From a virus, in the IMG/VR virus record IMGVR_UViG_3300012348_000111, positions 41,102 through 105,101 of that record: a DNA stretch of 64,000 nucleotides. One strand, 5' to 3'. Below the pieces are notes generated by a model. It was not told the origin of the DNA. It made no database searches and was given only the letters and a program-made list of their open reading frames with translations. The translations under genes and the position numbers were made by a program. The stretch's first letter is position 1; every line of letters starts with the position of its first letter. Positions 29,301 to 38,278 of the stretch are shown here, one piece after another.

Positions 29301-31315
29301 AAATAAGGATCAGCACTTAAATCATTATAAGGATAGTTAGAATAATAGTATTTTTTTATAATATCACCATCTTCGTTTTCTTCTTCGTATCTAGCTACAT
29401 CATAAACTAATCCTTTTGCAATAACAGACTTATTGTTTACACGATTACCTCTTACTAATTCAAAACCACATATAAGATCCCTAATAGGTATGTTTTTATC
29501 TTGAATAGGATCGTATACAGTAAATGGTCCATTATCATCAGATCCACCATTTAATAAATTTTCAAAAATAAATCTATCTAATCTTACACCAATAGGATGC
29601 ATAATAGACTCACCTTCAAATCCTCTTTCTTCATTTATACCGTCGTGTATGTGATTAACTAAAGAGTCAGGAAACTTATGATGTCTTATAGGTTGATCTG
29701 CAAGTTCTCCCCATATTCTAGCATCACATGGATATTTTTCAGTAGATTCCCAATATGCAAATTCACCATATTTATGGCTAGTTACTTTACAGTTGAACTG
29801 CTTTTCTACATATTCTGATAAATCAGGATCGTTTAAAGCATCTCCTATTTGACTACCTGTATTATATACTTTCCATTTAGGCAAAGTTGATGGTACTTGA
29901 ATACAATCATTATCTGATAAGAAAAGATCTTTGTTTGTATCTAAAATAGGTGTTAAGTCATCTGATTTAATAGATCTACCAGGAATATGAAATACGTCTG
30001 TATATTTTCCGTTCTTTAATCTGAATTTAATTCCAAATGGATAAACTTCATCACGTTGATATGTGCGGAAGAAATATGCTACTTCTGGATTACTATAATC
30101 AAATTCACCATCTGCTGGCATATTGACTGTTTCCCAAAGTAACTTTATTTTATTTGCAAAAGGCTGAAAGTTATATTTAGGTGTTTCTTCTAAATCAGCA
30201 AGCATAAGTATATCGTTCTGTTTTTCGATAATACCTGCTGTATCATAATGAGGTGTACGTAGAAGAGGAACTATACCAGAAAATGTAGATTTATAATCTC
30301 CAGTATATACTATTTCATTTACTCCGTTTGTACTTACTCTATATGTACCTACTAAGTGATAAGTAGTTGTTTCGTTTATGTTTTCAGCTACAACTAAATT
30401 AAAGTGATAGAATTGAGGAGTATCGTGTTCAATTCTTACTTTAATTGATTGTGATGTTACATATTCGGTTTGTTCTGTAATCTTTCTTTCAAAGATTGGA
30501 ATAGGGTTAGATAAATCATGGTAGTCTGTAATTTCACCACCATCATCATCTGTATAACCTATTGCAAAAGAATATACTCCTGCTTTAAGTGTTCCTCCAC
30601 TTTCTACAGCAACAGGATGTATTTTAGGGTGACAGTAGCTAGGAAAAATATCTAGATTTGCACAAGCTTTATCTAAACATGGAATAGCATTACCGCAATT
30701 ATCAGTTCCTAAAGGTCTTTCAAGAATAAATTTTCTAGGGGGATTATTTTTAGATATAAAGAAAATCTTTGTTTCACATTCATCTATACGATATACAGCT
30801 TCTACTGGATACTCTATTGACAAGTTAAGACAACAATTTTCTTTGTTAAATCCTATTACAGCACAATCAGAAGTATCACAGTTATCTGTAATAAGTGGTG
30901 CATAAGTACAGCAAGAATTTAAACTATTTGAAGCTGGATAAGTAGTAACTACTTGACTTTCAATTAGTTTACCATCTGGACAATTACAATCTTTTTCTAT
31001 AGAAACAACTGATTGACAATCATCATTAAGATTTGTAAGTACTCCTATTTCAGATCTACCATCTTCATGAGCTAACCAAACTATAAGTTTACTTTGTTCT
31101 ATGATCGGAAGTCTACCTACAATTTTAAATCCTGGTTTATTTGTTTCAAAATCATAGCAGTATTGATTAGATGGTTCATTAGTATATGTAAATGAATCAC
31201 CATCTATTCCTTGAACATTAGCGTTAAGAGCATATGTAACTAAACCGTCTTTAATCTGCCAATTGACAGAATCAAGGTTTAGTCCAGCTACATTCTGATT
31301 TACTTTATTCTCCAT
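26345..31315 (-). CDS. Tail stabilisation/muzzle protein
   Basis: 1656 aa; GLNLD...YALNA start, YQRDEVYPFGI, IRHHKFPD, GGDTYI and SWTIGY motifs; crAss synteny after ring genes. Confidence 0.85.
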   Translation of the reverse strand: MENKVNQNVAGLNLDSVNWQIKDGLVTYALNANVQGIDGDSFTYTNEPSNQYCYDFETNKPGFKIVGRLPIIEQSKLIVWLAHEDGRSEIGVLTNLNDDCQSVVSIEKDCNCPDGKLIESQVVTTYPASNSLNSCCTYAPLITDNCDTSDCAVIGFNKENCCLNLSIEYPVEAVYRIDECETKIFFISKNNPPRKFILERPLGTDNCGNAIPCLDKACANLDIFPSYCHPKIHPVAVESGGTLKAGVYSFAIGYTDDDGGEITDYHDLSNPIPIFERKITEQTEYVTSQSIKVRIEHDTPQFYHFNLVVAENINETTTYHLVGTYRVSTNGVNEIVYTGDYKSTFSGIVPLLRTPHYDTAGIIEKQNDILMLADLEETPKYNFQPFANKIKLLWETVNMPADGEFDYSNPEVAYFFRTYQRDEVYPFGIKFRLKNGKYTDVFHIPGRSIKSDDLTPILDTNKDLFLSDNDCIQVPSTLPKWKVYNTGSQIGDALNDPDLSEYVEKQFNCKVTSHKYGEFAYWESTEKYPCDARIWGELADQPIRHHKFPDSLVNHIHDGINEERGFEGESIMHPIGVRLDRFIFENLLNGGSDDNGPFTVYDPIQDKNIPIRDLICGFELVRGNRVNNKSVIAKGLVYDVARYEEENEDGDIIKKYYYSNYPYNDLSADPYLANKAEWYEEGDRGESLSTSFQQNPFNYQGTPRLQNRFTFYSPDTTFQYPKIGTELKLETIEYGQVLGHFVPVEEHPEYKFLNLVSDSLIFVLGAGAAYILTGSVKASATEPLGSELTTNIANQVAQTQLLYDIIEKLVPYINFAWQYNSVAAYNNYSPIGNTGNKRRFLDIGKYLDSKISSVEDDIPVHNRLRESSVYLKTNDTFIHHTGPIVDDNYDTSRYTISEIQDPTIKKNPILVDSSKRTRAYYTSVKRTFENQYGQIENIRYVSTGYIVDLEDNFVADKAVLKPKYYPAFGGDTYINKFALKRKHSFFTRNLANLPAKTKDMPFDYWLFPNLAYPTYFIGTSSDEIDWVSLGILVGAAATAIGVATASVISANNILPTPIPAGATNAAQVLQIGAIQLALASLYDIKKPKINLDSANSSVSLYKKGQFYTASYGIPIFFVESDVNVDFRHGRNDREENFYPNVSDEIPDEWLKEVNVPIKFDNFYHYNATYSAQNISPNLPYTVDNPNRTCVVVHPNRVIYSEKANTTKYFSDGWQTFKRGNFFDFPKEGGRLINLTGGENELVYARFENTTKVYGARVQIESTSPVQLEIGDASMFKQKPIDISKSDIGYVGSQHKAQIRTEFGTFWVDAKRGHIYQISKQGFSEIKSDTNFNWFKQNLPFRILKDFPNADIDNPAKGIGISMGWDERFERVFITKLDYKLTGKTSVTYNDETKKFVITGTQTEALFSNEDIWENHSWTIGYSPKLKNFISFYSFTPNYYVSLLGNFQTIINTPLGSSTWNHNLNNLTYQTYYNKLYPYILEYNVNSFPKTATTNSISLIQDIQEYYSDYEYYSIATANNKNLANFTKAIIYNREQSSGIINLIPEEFGNTRQKIMYPRTTLNGIETIISRRENIYTFNGFWSIVNQSNGQPLWSTKWDDKKLQHPIDKVPNTKTVIPSSVSYQKQKIKSDLCKVRLIQDKYSRYRFINHLQITQTN

Positions 31316-31316
31316 T

Positions 31317-32150
31317 TTACTTTATGTGATATCTGAAGAATGGTTTCTTTTGTCTTACTACGTTATCTGCCATCTGTTGTCTAGATGGTGTCATTAGATA
31401 TGCTAAAGCTGCTTGTAGCTTAGAGTATTGATCGTTCTTATAGTATTGTAGTTTTGATACAATTTGATTTACTGATTCATCCATTATAGAATGCCACAAT
31501 ACTTCAAAAAATTTAAACTTTAGGTACGCTTTTACGTACTCTTCTACTTCAAGTATTTCTGGAATGAGAGGTATCCCATCATCATCAACAGGCCTAGCAA
31601 AATATCTAATATAAACACAGCCAGTTTCAAAAGTAGAAGAAACCTTTGAGTTCTCGAAGATTTGTAGTACGTCAGACGAAGATACCGATAGATTTTCACA
31701 ACCCTCTGTGCAATATTGTTTGGAAGCATGATAAACTCTAATCCACTGTGGTTGTTTCATTATTAGTTTAAATCCTACACCTGGAACGGTAATAGTTTCA
31801 TATATTTCTTCTTTATTGTCACAATCATTACAGTTTGTACATGTTAATGATTTGTACCAATATCCTTGCATTGAATTAACTCCAGCAGACCATTCTACTT
31901 GATTGTCATACATCATTGCTCTATCTAATAAAACAAAATCACAAGGTAATTCTGATTTATAGTTTACAAAGTGTAAAACGGCTTCTTCTGGTTTGAGTGC
32001 AAGTGCTCTAAGTTTTCTTAAGGCTTGATCAATAAAAGTAGGAATAAGTACTTCAGATATTGCACCCGATTCAAAATAAGTTTTGAGTTCCTGTTTAACC
32101 TCAGCTATTAGTGAGTTAGCAGAAATGTAATTTATATTCTCGTAGTGCAT
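31317..32150 (-). CDS. Tail ring (tubular) protein
   Basis: ELPCDF and DDDGIPLIP motifs; directly upstream of the muzzle gene. Confidence 0.75.
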   Translation of the reverse strand: MHYENINYISANSLIAEVKQELKTYFESGAISEVLIPTFIDQALRKLRALALKPEEAVLHFVNYKSELPCDFVLLDRAMMYDNQVEWSAGVNSMQGYWYKSLTCTNCNDCDNKEEIYETITVPGVGFKLIMKQPQWIRVYHASKQYCTEGCENLSVSSSDVLQIFENSKVSSTFETGCVYIRYFARPVDDDGIPLIPEILEVEEYVKAYLKFKFFEVLWHSIMDESVNQIVSKLQYYKNDQYSKLQAALAYLMTPSRQQMADNVVRQKKPFFRYHIK

Positions 32151-32158
32151 ACTGTTTG

Positions 32159-32614
32159 TTATTTTACTTTGTTGTTAAAAATCAATTTTCCTAAATTTCT
32201 TTTGTTTGTTCTATTCAACATAAAGTTGAAACATGAAAGTATAGGATTCCTTTTATAATTAAGATAAAGATGTACTTTAAACATGTATCCATTAGTATGA
32301 GAGTTTCTATTTAGAACTCTTTCTCCTGTTTTTCTAAAGTGATTCCAATCAACTCTAGAAGCATTTTTACTAAATGGTTTTATCTTAATTAATTTTAGAA
32401 CTCCTAACTCAGGTATTTTAATGTAATAGCTTTGAGAGTACAGTTTGTTTATCATCTTTTCGTGTACTAAAACAGGTATCGATGAAAACATTTCGTAGCT
32501 AATATCTTTTCTACCAGTGTCTTTTAAGAATCTTCTGTATGCAGACATGTTTAACATGTTCACATCTGATTCTAAGTTTTTTCTTTGTTTAGGGTTGGTT
32601 TGGTTTTCTGACAT
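32159..32614 (-). CDS. IHF/HU-like DNA-binding protein
   Basis: IKIPELGVLKL...VDWN...NSHTNGY; occupies the position of the crAss IHF-like gene between ring genes. Confidence 0.7.
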   Translation of the reverse strand: MSENQTNPKQRKNLESDVNMLNMSAYRRFLKDTGRKDISYEMFSSIPVLVHEKMINKLYSQSYYIKIPELGVLKLIKIKPFSKNASRVDWNHFRKTGERVLNRNSHTNGYMFKVHLYLNYKRNPILSCFNFMLNRTNKRNLGKLIFNNKVK

Positions 32615-32616
32615 TA

Positions 32617-33258
32617 TTATAATTGTTCGTCTCTATTATTATCTTGTTCTTCTGGGGCAAGTTTATGATAATTAATTAAAGACTGATTGCAAAGTTCTAC
32701 AAGAGGATCAATTAAGTAAGCGGGTATTTTAAATTCTTTATCATACATACTTACGCAATTAACACCATCAATATCTTCTATTGATTCTGTAAAGTATGCG
32801 TATATATTAATCCTTTCAACATCTGGATCCAAAACGTATAAATAACTATCTTTGATAGTGTAGAATTTTTTGGGCGATTTGATCCTAAGCTGGCTATGAT
32901 TAATATAATCTCTTATTGAAGTTGGGTGAATTTCTACAGAATTAGATGGATTAAACACACCTTGAATAAAGTAAGAATATAAACCTTCTTCTATTTTTGG
33001 TAACTTTTTTCTAGTTCTTCTTACTGGACAATTCAAATCACACTCCGTACCATTAACTAAAACAAGATCAACACATTCGTAATTTTGATATAAGTTGTCT
33101 GATGTAAGAAGTTTTCTTTGATTCCCCTCCCTTTTAATAAGAACAGATGCTTTCTGCTTTAAAAGACTATATAAATAACGATCACTGATTAAATCATCAT
33201 CAGCAAGAAACTTGTTTGCATTTTTCAGCCTAGAAATTAAATCAGCGTTAGATACCAT
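32617..33258 (-). CDS. Tail ring (tubular) protein
   Basis: Size, RTRKKLP and YLYV motifs, and crAss synteny. Confidence 0.7.
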   Translation of the reverse strand: MVSNADLISRLKNANKFLADDDLISDRYLYSLLKQKASVLIKREGNQRKLLTSDNLYQNYECVDLVLVNGTECDLNCPVRRTRKKLPKIEEGLYSYFIQGVFNPSNSVEIHPTSIRDYINHSQLRIKSPKKFYTIKDSYLYVLDPDVERINIYAYFTESIEDIDGVNCVSMYDKEFKIPAYLIDPLVELCNQSLINYHKLAPEEQDNNRDEQL

Positions 33259-33286
33259 TATTTTTTAAATAAAGTTTGGGGTGATA

Positions 33287-33317
33287 CAAATATAATATAA
33301 TTTATAAGTTTTGTCAA
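33287..33317 (-). promoter_or_regulatory. Bacteroidota-type -33/-7 promoter
   Basis: TTG-N20-TATATTTG upstream of 33258. Confidence 0.75.
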
Positions 33318-33339
33318 TAAATAGAAATTAGTTTAAACT

Positions 33340-33363
33340 AAAAGAGCCTGAATTAACAGGCCC
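33340..33363 (-). terminator. Intrinsic terminator
   Basis: Minus strand GGGCCTG-TTAATT-CAGGCTC-TTTT. Confidence 0.7.
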
Positions 33364-33402
33364 ATTCTAGCGACAGGAAAACCAACCAAAAATACCCGTC
33401 AA
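33340..33402 (-). ncRNA. Candidate 3'-UTR small RNA with exposed seed loop
   Basis: Stem GACGGG/CCTGTC closes the loop TATTTTTGGTTGGTTTT and is followed by a terminator. The loop is complementary to several gene starts. Confidence 0.5.
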
Positions 33403-33408
33403 TATTTT

Positions 33409-35391
33409 TTATTCAACTGCCCAGGTAATTCCACCTAAAGTTACGATTAAATAATCTCCAGTGTTCATACCTATAGTTGAACCAGTATAGTTAAATAAAG
33501 ATAAGAATGGTGAGCCAGAAGAAGTTTCTATTCTTAAAATAAGCATATATACTCCTTGTAATGTTCCACCACTACTATAGTGTTGTACTGGAAGAATACA
33601 CTCAGTATCACCTCCAAAAGAAAGACCTATTGAACTTGCTTGGAAACAATCAATACCTGTGTTGTTTGGCATAGATTGAGCTGATCCAGGATTAGTTACT
33701 TTAAATCCAGCAGTACCTCCTTTAAAAGTTGCAAGTCCACTTGATTCAAAATGTTTAATTGTAGGATAAACAGTACAGTTTCTTCCCAAATCTACGCTAA
33801 ATGGTCCACCACTTATTGGGAATGTAGGACTAGCAATCGGAACAAGAGTGTAATCTTGAAGGATTGGTAAAGAAACAACTCCTTCTAAATAACCAGAAGA
33901 TCCATTATATTGATATGCTGAACTCCATTGTGTTTGTTGAGTTGATCCCGCTACTTTTCTATATACACCTGTTCTAATAAGTTTAGGTTGCCAGCTAGAA
34001 GATCCTATACCAGTAAGAATATGATGAGTTAAGTTTGTTACCGAACCATAAGACACATCACCCATATTAGATAAAACGCAAGATTCTAAAGAAGAACAAC
34101 TAAATGTTGATCCTCCAACAAGACTAATAGTGGGTCCACAAGATGTATTTGTTACAACAAAGTCAGAACTAAATTTAAGATTAAGTGCTGAAAGTGCAGT
34201 AGCAATTTGATTTAAGTGTGTTTGAAGAGTTGTTGTGTTTGTAAAACTACCTAATGCTTGAACATTAAATACAGAATTAGGTGTATATGGTGCAGTAAAA
34301 CAACCCCAGTTAACTGTATAGTTAGAAGAAGGTGTTGCTCCTACTGCTGCAATTGTAGAACAAAGTTGAGATACAAGTAAGTTTACAGCATCTTTTAAAG
34401 AAGATGTAGTTGATCCACCAGTTAAGCAAGAAGTATTTACAGATGTTGGAAGTGGTGCTGAAGGAGATCCTGTGATATACTGATTTATGTTAGAAACAAC
34501 AAGATTAGTAGAAGATAAAGAATTACTTAAAACTGAGTGTATACCACACATGTTATTAGTAACCCAGTTGATGTATTCATATACATTGCTAGATGTGGGT
34601 TTAGATGTAAATGCGTATCCTATGCAAGGGTTAGCATTTACACTTGTCATTGTTAGATTTGTATCGTGAGTACAAATTTTAGATCCGTAAGAATCTAAAA
34701 TATTGACAAGAGTAGATGTTCCACTTGTAAGAACTCCTGTAAGGCAAGAAGGTACTACAATTGCTGGTTTTTCTAATGCTTTAACTCTAGTGTTAATTGA
34801 ACATAATGCAGCAGCAGTAGCTTCTACAAATCCTTCAGCATTGGTAATAGGTGTACCTACTGATTCTAAGTTACCTCCTACTCTTAAACAACCATAGTTA
34901 AATCCTGTATAGTCTAATCCACTAGGGCTAGTAGATGCGATTAAACAAAGTCTGTTGTTAAAGTTTTGAATTACTGAATCTAAGTCAGCACCATTTGCAA
35001 TAACTGCAGCTAAAGTAGATATGGTAATTGTAATATTGTTTGTTGGTGATGTCCCACCTAATAAAGTACCTGCAATAGTTAATGTGTCGGATACTTCATA
35101 ACTAGATCCACTATTATTTAAAGTTACTTCGTATGTAGTAGATCCTGCTCTACGAATAACAGTAAATGTTGCTGATGTTCCATTACCTCCTGTTGCAGAT
35201 GCTACAACTGTAGTATCAACAGATGGTGCTACAGCAGTTCCAGTGAAACCAAATGTAGCAATAGCTCCTGATTGACAGAATAGGTTTGAACCACTATATG
35301 TGATACATTTAGCATAGTTTGTAGAAAGACAACCTACTGATCCACAAGGTTGTGCTGTATTGGTTCCGTAGCAATCGTTACAAGTAGACAT
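33409..35391 (-). CDS. Cys/Ser/Thr-rich tail fibre or appendage protein
   Basis: 660 aa; KCITYSG motif, repeated xxLC helices, beta-rich C-terminus; follows the tail hub genes. Confidence 0.6.
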   Translation of the reverse strand: MSTCNDCYGTNTAQPCGSVGCLSTNYAKCITYSGSNLFCQSGAIATFGFTGTAVAPSVDTTVVASATGGNGTSATFTVIRRAGSTTYEVTLNNSGSSYEVSDTLTIAGTLLGGTSPTNNITITISTLAAVIANGADLDSVIQNFNNRLCLIASTSPSGLDYTGFNYGCLRVGGNLESVGTPITNAEGFVEATAAALCSINTRVKALEKPAIVVPSCLTGVLTSGTSTLVNILDSYGSKICTHDTNLTMTSVNANPCIGYAFTSKPTSSNVYEYINWVTNNMCGIHSVLSNSLSSTNLVVSNINQYITGSPSAPLPTSVNTSCLTGGSTTSSLKDAVNLLVSQLCSTIAAVGATPSSNYTVNWGCFTAPYTPNSVFNVQALGSFTNTTTLQTHLNQIATALSALNLKFSSDFVVTNTSCGPTISLVGGSTFSCSSLESCVLSNMGDVSYGSVTNLTHHILTGIGSSSWQPKLIRTGVYRKVAGSTQQTQWSSAYQYNGSSGYLEGVVSLPILQDYTLVPIASPTFPISGGPFSVDLGRNCTVYPTIKHFESSGLATFKGGTAGFKVTNPGSAQSMPNNTGIDCFQASSIGLSFGGDTECILPVQHYSSGGTLQGVYMLILRIETSSGSPFLSLFNYTGSTIGMNTGDYLIVTLGGITWAVE

Positions 35392-35405
35392 TTTATTTTA
35401 TTTTA

Positions 35406-35918
35406 TTATGCACAGCAAGAGCAAATTTTACCTATTAGTGCTTGAAGTAAATCTTTTAATGTAATAATTTCACCAGTATCACAATAAGATCTTAAACAAT
35501 CTAAATCAAAGTGATTACCAAGAGGTAGATCTACCCAGTGTAAATTACCAGAATTAATATTTATATTTTCAGAAGTAAGATAATTTAATCTAGAACGTAA
35601 TTCACAAATAACTCCTACTAAAGATTGAACTACTTCAGAAGAGTAGTATTTACCATCTTTAACTGTTAAAGAAGATGTGTTAATTACAGGAACTAAACCA
35701 CAAGCTACATTTTGATTATCGAAAGCTATTTTATCTAGACCTACTCTTTTATCTAAGTCAGCTAAAGTAATATCGAATAGATTAACAATATCGTTTAGAT
35801 ATGGATCACAGTAGTTTTGTTTTACTATTAATCCTGCAGGTGCAATAGCACCAGTATATCTAACGCATCCAGAAGGTACGATCTCAACACAGTTATTTGT
35901 TACGCAGCAATTACTCAT
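35406..35918 (-). CDS. Cys-rich tail-associated protein
   Basis: GCVRYTG resembles KCITYSG of the next gene; CC at both ends. Confidence 0.55.
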   Translation of the reverse strand: MSNCCVTNNCVEIVPSGCVRYTGAIAPAGLIVKQNYCDPYLNDIVNLFDITLADLDKRVGLDKIAFDNQNVACGLVPVINTSSLTVKDGKYYSSEVVQSLVGVICELRSRLNYLTSENININSGNLHWVDLPLGNHFDLDCLRSYCDTGEIITLKDLLQALIGKICSCCA

Positions 35919-35926
35919 TGTAATAG

Positions 35927-36130
35927 TTATTTGGTAAATTTCTTAATTTTAATTTTTAAAGTAGAATTAGTATCACAATCTAAACAGTCCATATACTTAA
36001 GGTAACGCATAAGATGTTTACCTTTTTTATAAGTCTTTTTAGTAAGATACTTTATACTTTGAAGTTCTTTATAAGCTGAGAGGGCTAGATCTTTTTTAAC
36101 AGAGTCCCTCAATTCGTCTAAGTAAGTCAT
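35927..36130 (-). CDS. Small protein, possible tail hub B
   Basis: 67-aa ORF overlapping the upstream gene; assignment by synteny only. Confidence 0.45.
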   Translation of the reverse strand: MTYLDELRDSVKKDLALSAYKELQSIKYLTKKTYKKGKHLMRYLKYMDCLDCDTNSTLKIKIKKFTK

Positions 36131-36602
36131 CAGCTTTTATGTAAAGTTCAGTTGCTTTGTTTGGATTACATAGATCAGCGTGAGCTTCTGCACCTTTTAG
36201 TAGAAATTCAATTCTATCTAAATCTTGCAAAGTTTTCTCATCATCGCAACAATCTACATATTGTGCCCATTGTTCTGCTAGGCGACAGTTAATTTTACAC
36301 GTTCTAAGGTGATATCTTTTACATTCACCTGTGTCAGGACATGTTGTAAGGTTTAAAGTGTATACACCGTCTGGAAGTGGTGCAAAATCACTTGTTGATG
36401 AAGTAGTAAACCCAAAACTATAAGAGTTAAAGATATTTACTTCACCTAGTATAAATTCAAATTCGAATGGTGTTGAATAACCAGGAACAGCTATTGTAAG
36501 ATTAGCAGAATCTATTGGTGATGGATAAAATGATGTATCCAATACAGATAGATATGCACAATCTTTTGCTGTTAATACTTCTAAGTTACGTTGAACATTC
36601 AT
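36096..36602 (-). CDS. Tail hub A-like structural protein
   Basis: DTSFY...LPDGVYTL beta domain plus helical C-terminus; synteny after the auxiliary capsid genes. Confidence 0.55.
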   Translation of the reverse strand: MNVQRNLEVLTAKDCAYLSVLDTSFYPSPIDSANLTIAVPGYSTPFEFEFILGEVNIFNSYSFGFTTSSTSDFAPLPDGVYTLNLTTCPDTGECKRYHLRTCKINCRLAEQWAQYVDCCDDEKTLQDLDRIEFLLKGAEAHADLCNPNKATELYIKADDLLRRIEGLC

Positions 36603-36664
36603 TTCGTTTGAATTAATACAAAAATATAGTTTTTAAAAAATTTGTAAAGGGATCTTTTTAATTG

Positions 36665-36695
36665 AAAAAAAATATTGGGGAGATTTCTCTCCCCA
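36665..36695 (-). terminator. Intrinsic terminator ending the capsid operon
   Basis: Minus strand TGGGGAGA-GAAA-TCTCCCCA-ATATTTTTTTT. Confidence 0.75.
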
Positions 36696-36702
36696 TATAA
36701 AA

Positions 36703-37164
36703 TTAAAGAATTGCAAAAGCAATTTTTACAGCAGAATCAAGTACTCCTGAACCACCATTACCAACAACAACTTTAAATGAACCAGCAGTAATATCATCAA
36801 TATATACTAAAGGTAAATCATTTGTAGCAATAGTAGGATCATAATCTACAATGTTAGCTAGTACAATAGAGTCAGCTTTCACATAAGAGTTAGTTACAAT
36901 AAAAGGCAATTCAGCTGCATTAGCAGCTGTAGTTAAAGCTACAGTAGTAATAACACCTGAAGGTGAATTAATAGTTACTCCTGTAGTAATACTTGTAGCT
37001 TGAGTTACAGTTGACTTTGATAAAGTCACGTGTTTAGCACAACATGTTGGACTTTTTAACAACTCAACTACGTAGTCTTCCAAAGATTGTCCTGGAATAT
37101 TACTTGAAGTTGAAGTTTTTACTGTTTTGTAAAAAGTTCCTGGTTTTAATATGATATCTTTCAT
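36703..37164 (-). CDS. Head fibre/decoration-like protein
   Basis: VTQATSITTGVTINSPSGVITT and beta-rich C-terminus; last gene of the capsid operon. Confidence 0.55.
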   Translation of the reverse strand: MKDIILKPGTFYKTVKTSTSSNIPGQSLEDYVVELLKSPTCCAKHVTLSKSTVTQATSITTGVTINSPSGVITTVALTTAANAAELPFIVTNSYVKADSIVLANIVDYDPTIATNDLPLVYIDDITAGSFKVVVGNGGSGVLDSAVKIAFAIL

Positions 37165-37226
37165 TTATTTTTTTTTAAATTATTAGGGGGAGGGTTTAGC
37201 TCCCCCTAGGATTAAACTTAGATTAA

Positions 37227-38264
37227 TTAGTCAACAAAAGTCTTACCAGTCAAAGCATTTACAAATGCACGAACAGCAGCTTCGTTAGCACCACCTTCTT
37301 CAGATAAGATGATAACTGAATGAACGTTACGAGTCTTCTTTTCGAATCCTACAGGAGAATCTTCTAAGTAAGTGATTTCGTACATTTCAAATCCGTTAGC
37401 AGCAGTGAATGAAGGTACATACAAGAACTCATCAGAGTCATTGTTGTAGATAGGGTTCCAGTAACGACGAGCTTCATGGGTTGCAGGTAAGTTATTTCCG
37501 AAGAAATGACGTTCCATTTCAGCCATAGCAGCTTTAGCACCAATAGGATATTTGATTTCTTGAGTGTTGGTAATAGTCCAAGCAGAACAGAAATCTTCAA
37601 TATCAAAATCTTGAGTGTTGTAAGGACCAGCGTGAACGATTGCCTTAAAACGAACCAAGTTGAATACGTAAGGAACTGCATCAGGAACACAAGCATTACC
37701 GAATTCATCCAAAACTTTACCTTCAATAAGAATTTCTTCTTGTTCTCCATTGTAACTAGCTGTTACATATTTACTCAACAAAGGATTCTCATTGATTTTG
37801 TCTACCAACTCTTCTAAGTAAGTAGCAACTGGCAAAGAATCGCATCCACCAGAACAAGTATCGCAACATGCAGTTTTAACACGTACTGATTCTTGGATCA
37901 TTGGTTGAAAAATACCTTTAGACCAGTATTCGTCAATTTTCAAAGTCAATACGTACTCTTCATCGCAAGAGAAAGTACCAGTTGGCTTAACACTTGTTTC
38001 TTGTTGTGTAATAGACAAATCAGCATTAGTCTTAGTTACAGACAAAATGTTGCTTTGTTTAATAGTGCTTGATTTGAAAGTACCGAATTTAGAACTTCCA
38101 GAACCAAATACTAATTTAAATTCAGCAGGAGCTGAAGGAGTACCACCCAAGTTGGTAGCCAAGTCAGGGGTAAAAGCAGCTAATTCTTTTTCAAGAACTG
38201 CAGTAGTAGCACCAGTAGTACGCAACGCACTTACTGGAAAAATTTGTGTGATTTTGTGATTCAT
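37227..38264 (-). CDS. Auxiliary capsid protein-like structural protein
   Basis: 345 aa; codon style resembles the major capsid gene; crAss synteny. Confidence 0.65.
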   Translation of the reverse strand: MNHKITQIFPVSALRTTGATTAVLEKELAAFTPDLATNLGGTPSAPAEFKLVFGSGSSKFGTFKSSTIKQSNILSVTKTNADLSITQQETSVKPTGTFSCDEEYVLTLKIDEYWSKGIFQPMIQESVRVKTACCDTCSGGCDSLPVATYLEELVDKINENPLLSKYVTASYNGEQEEILIEGKVLDEFGNACVPDAVPYVFNLVRFKAIVHAGPYNTQDFDIEDFCSAWTITNTQEIKYPIGAKAAMAEMERHFFGNNLPATHEARRYWNPIYNNDSDEFLYVPSFTAANGFEMYEITYLEDSPVGFEKKTRNVHSVIILSEEGGANEAAVRAFVNALTGKTFVD

Positions 38265-38278
38265 AGTAGTATGATATT

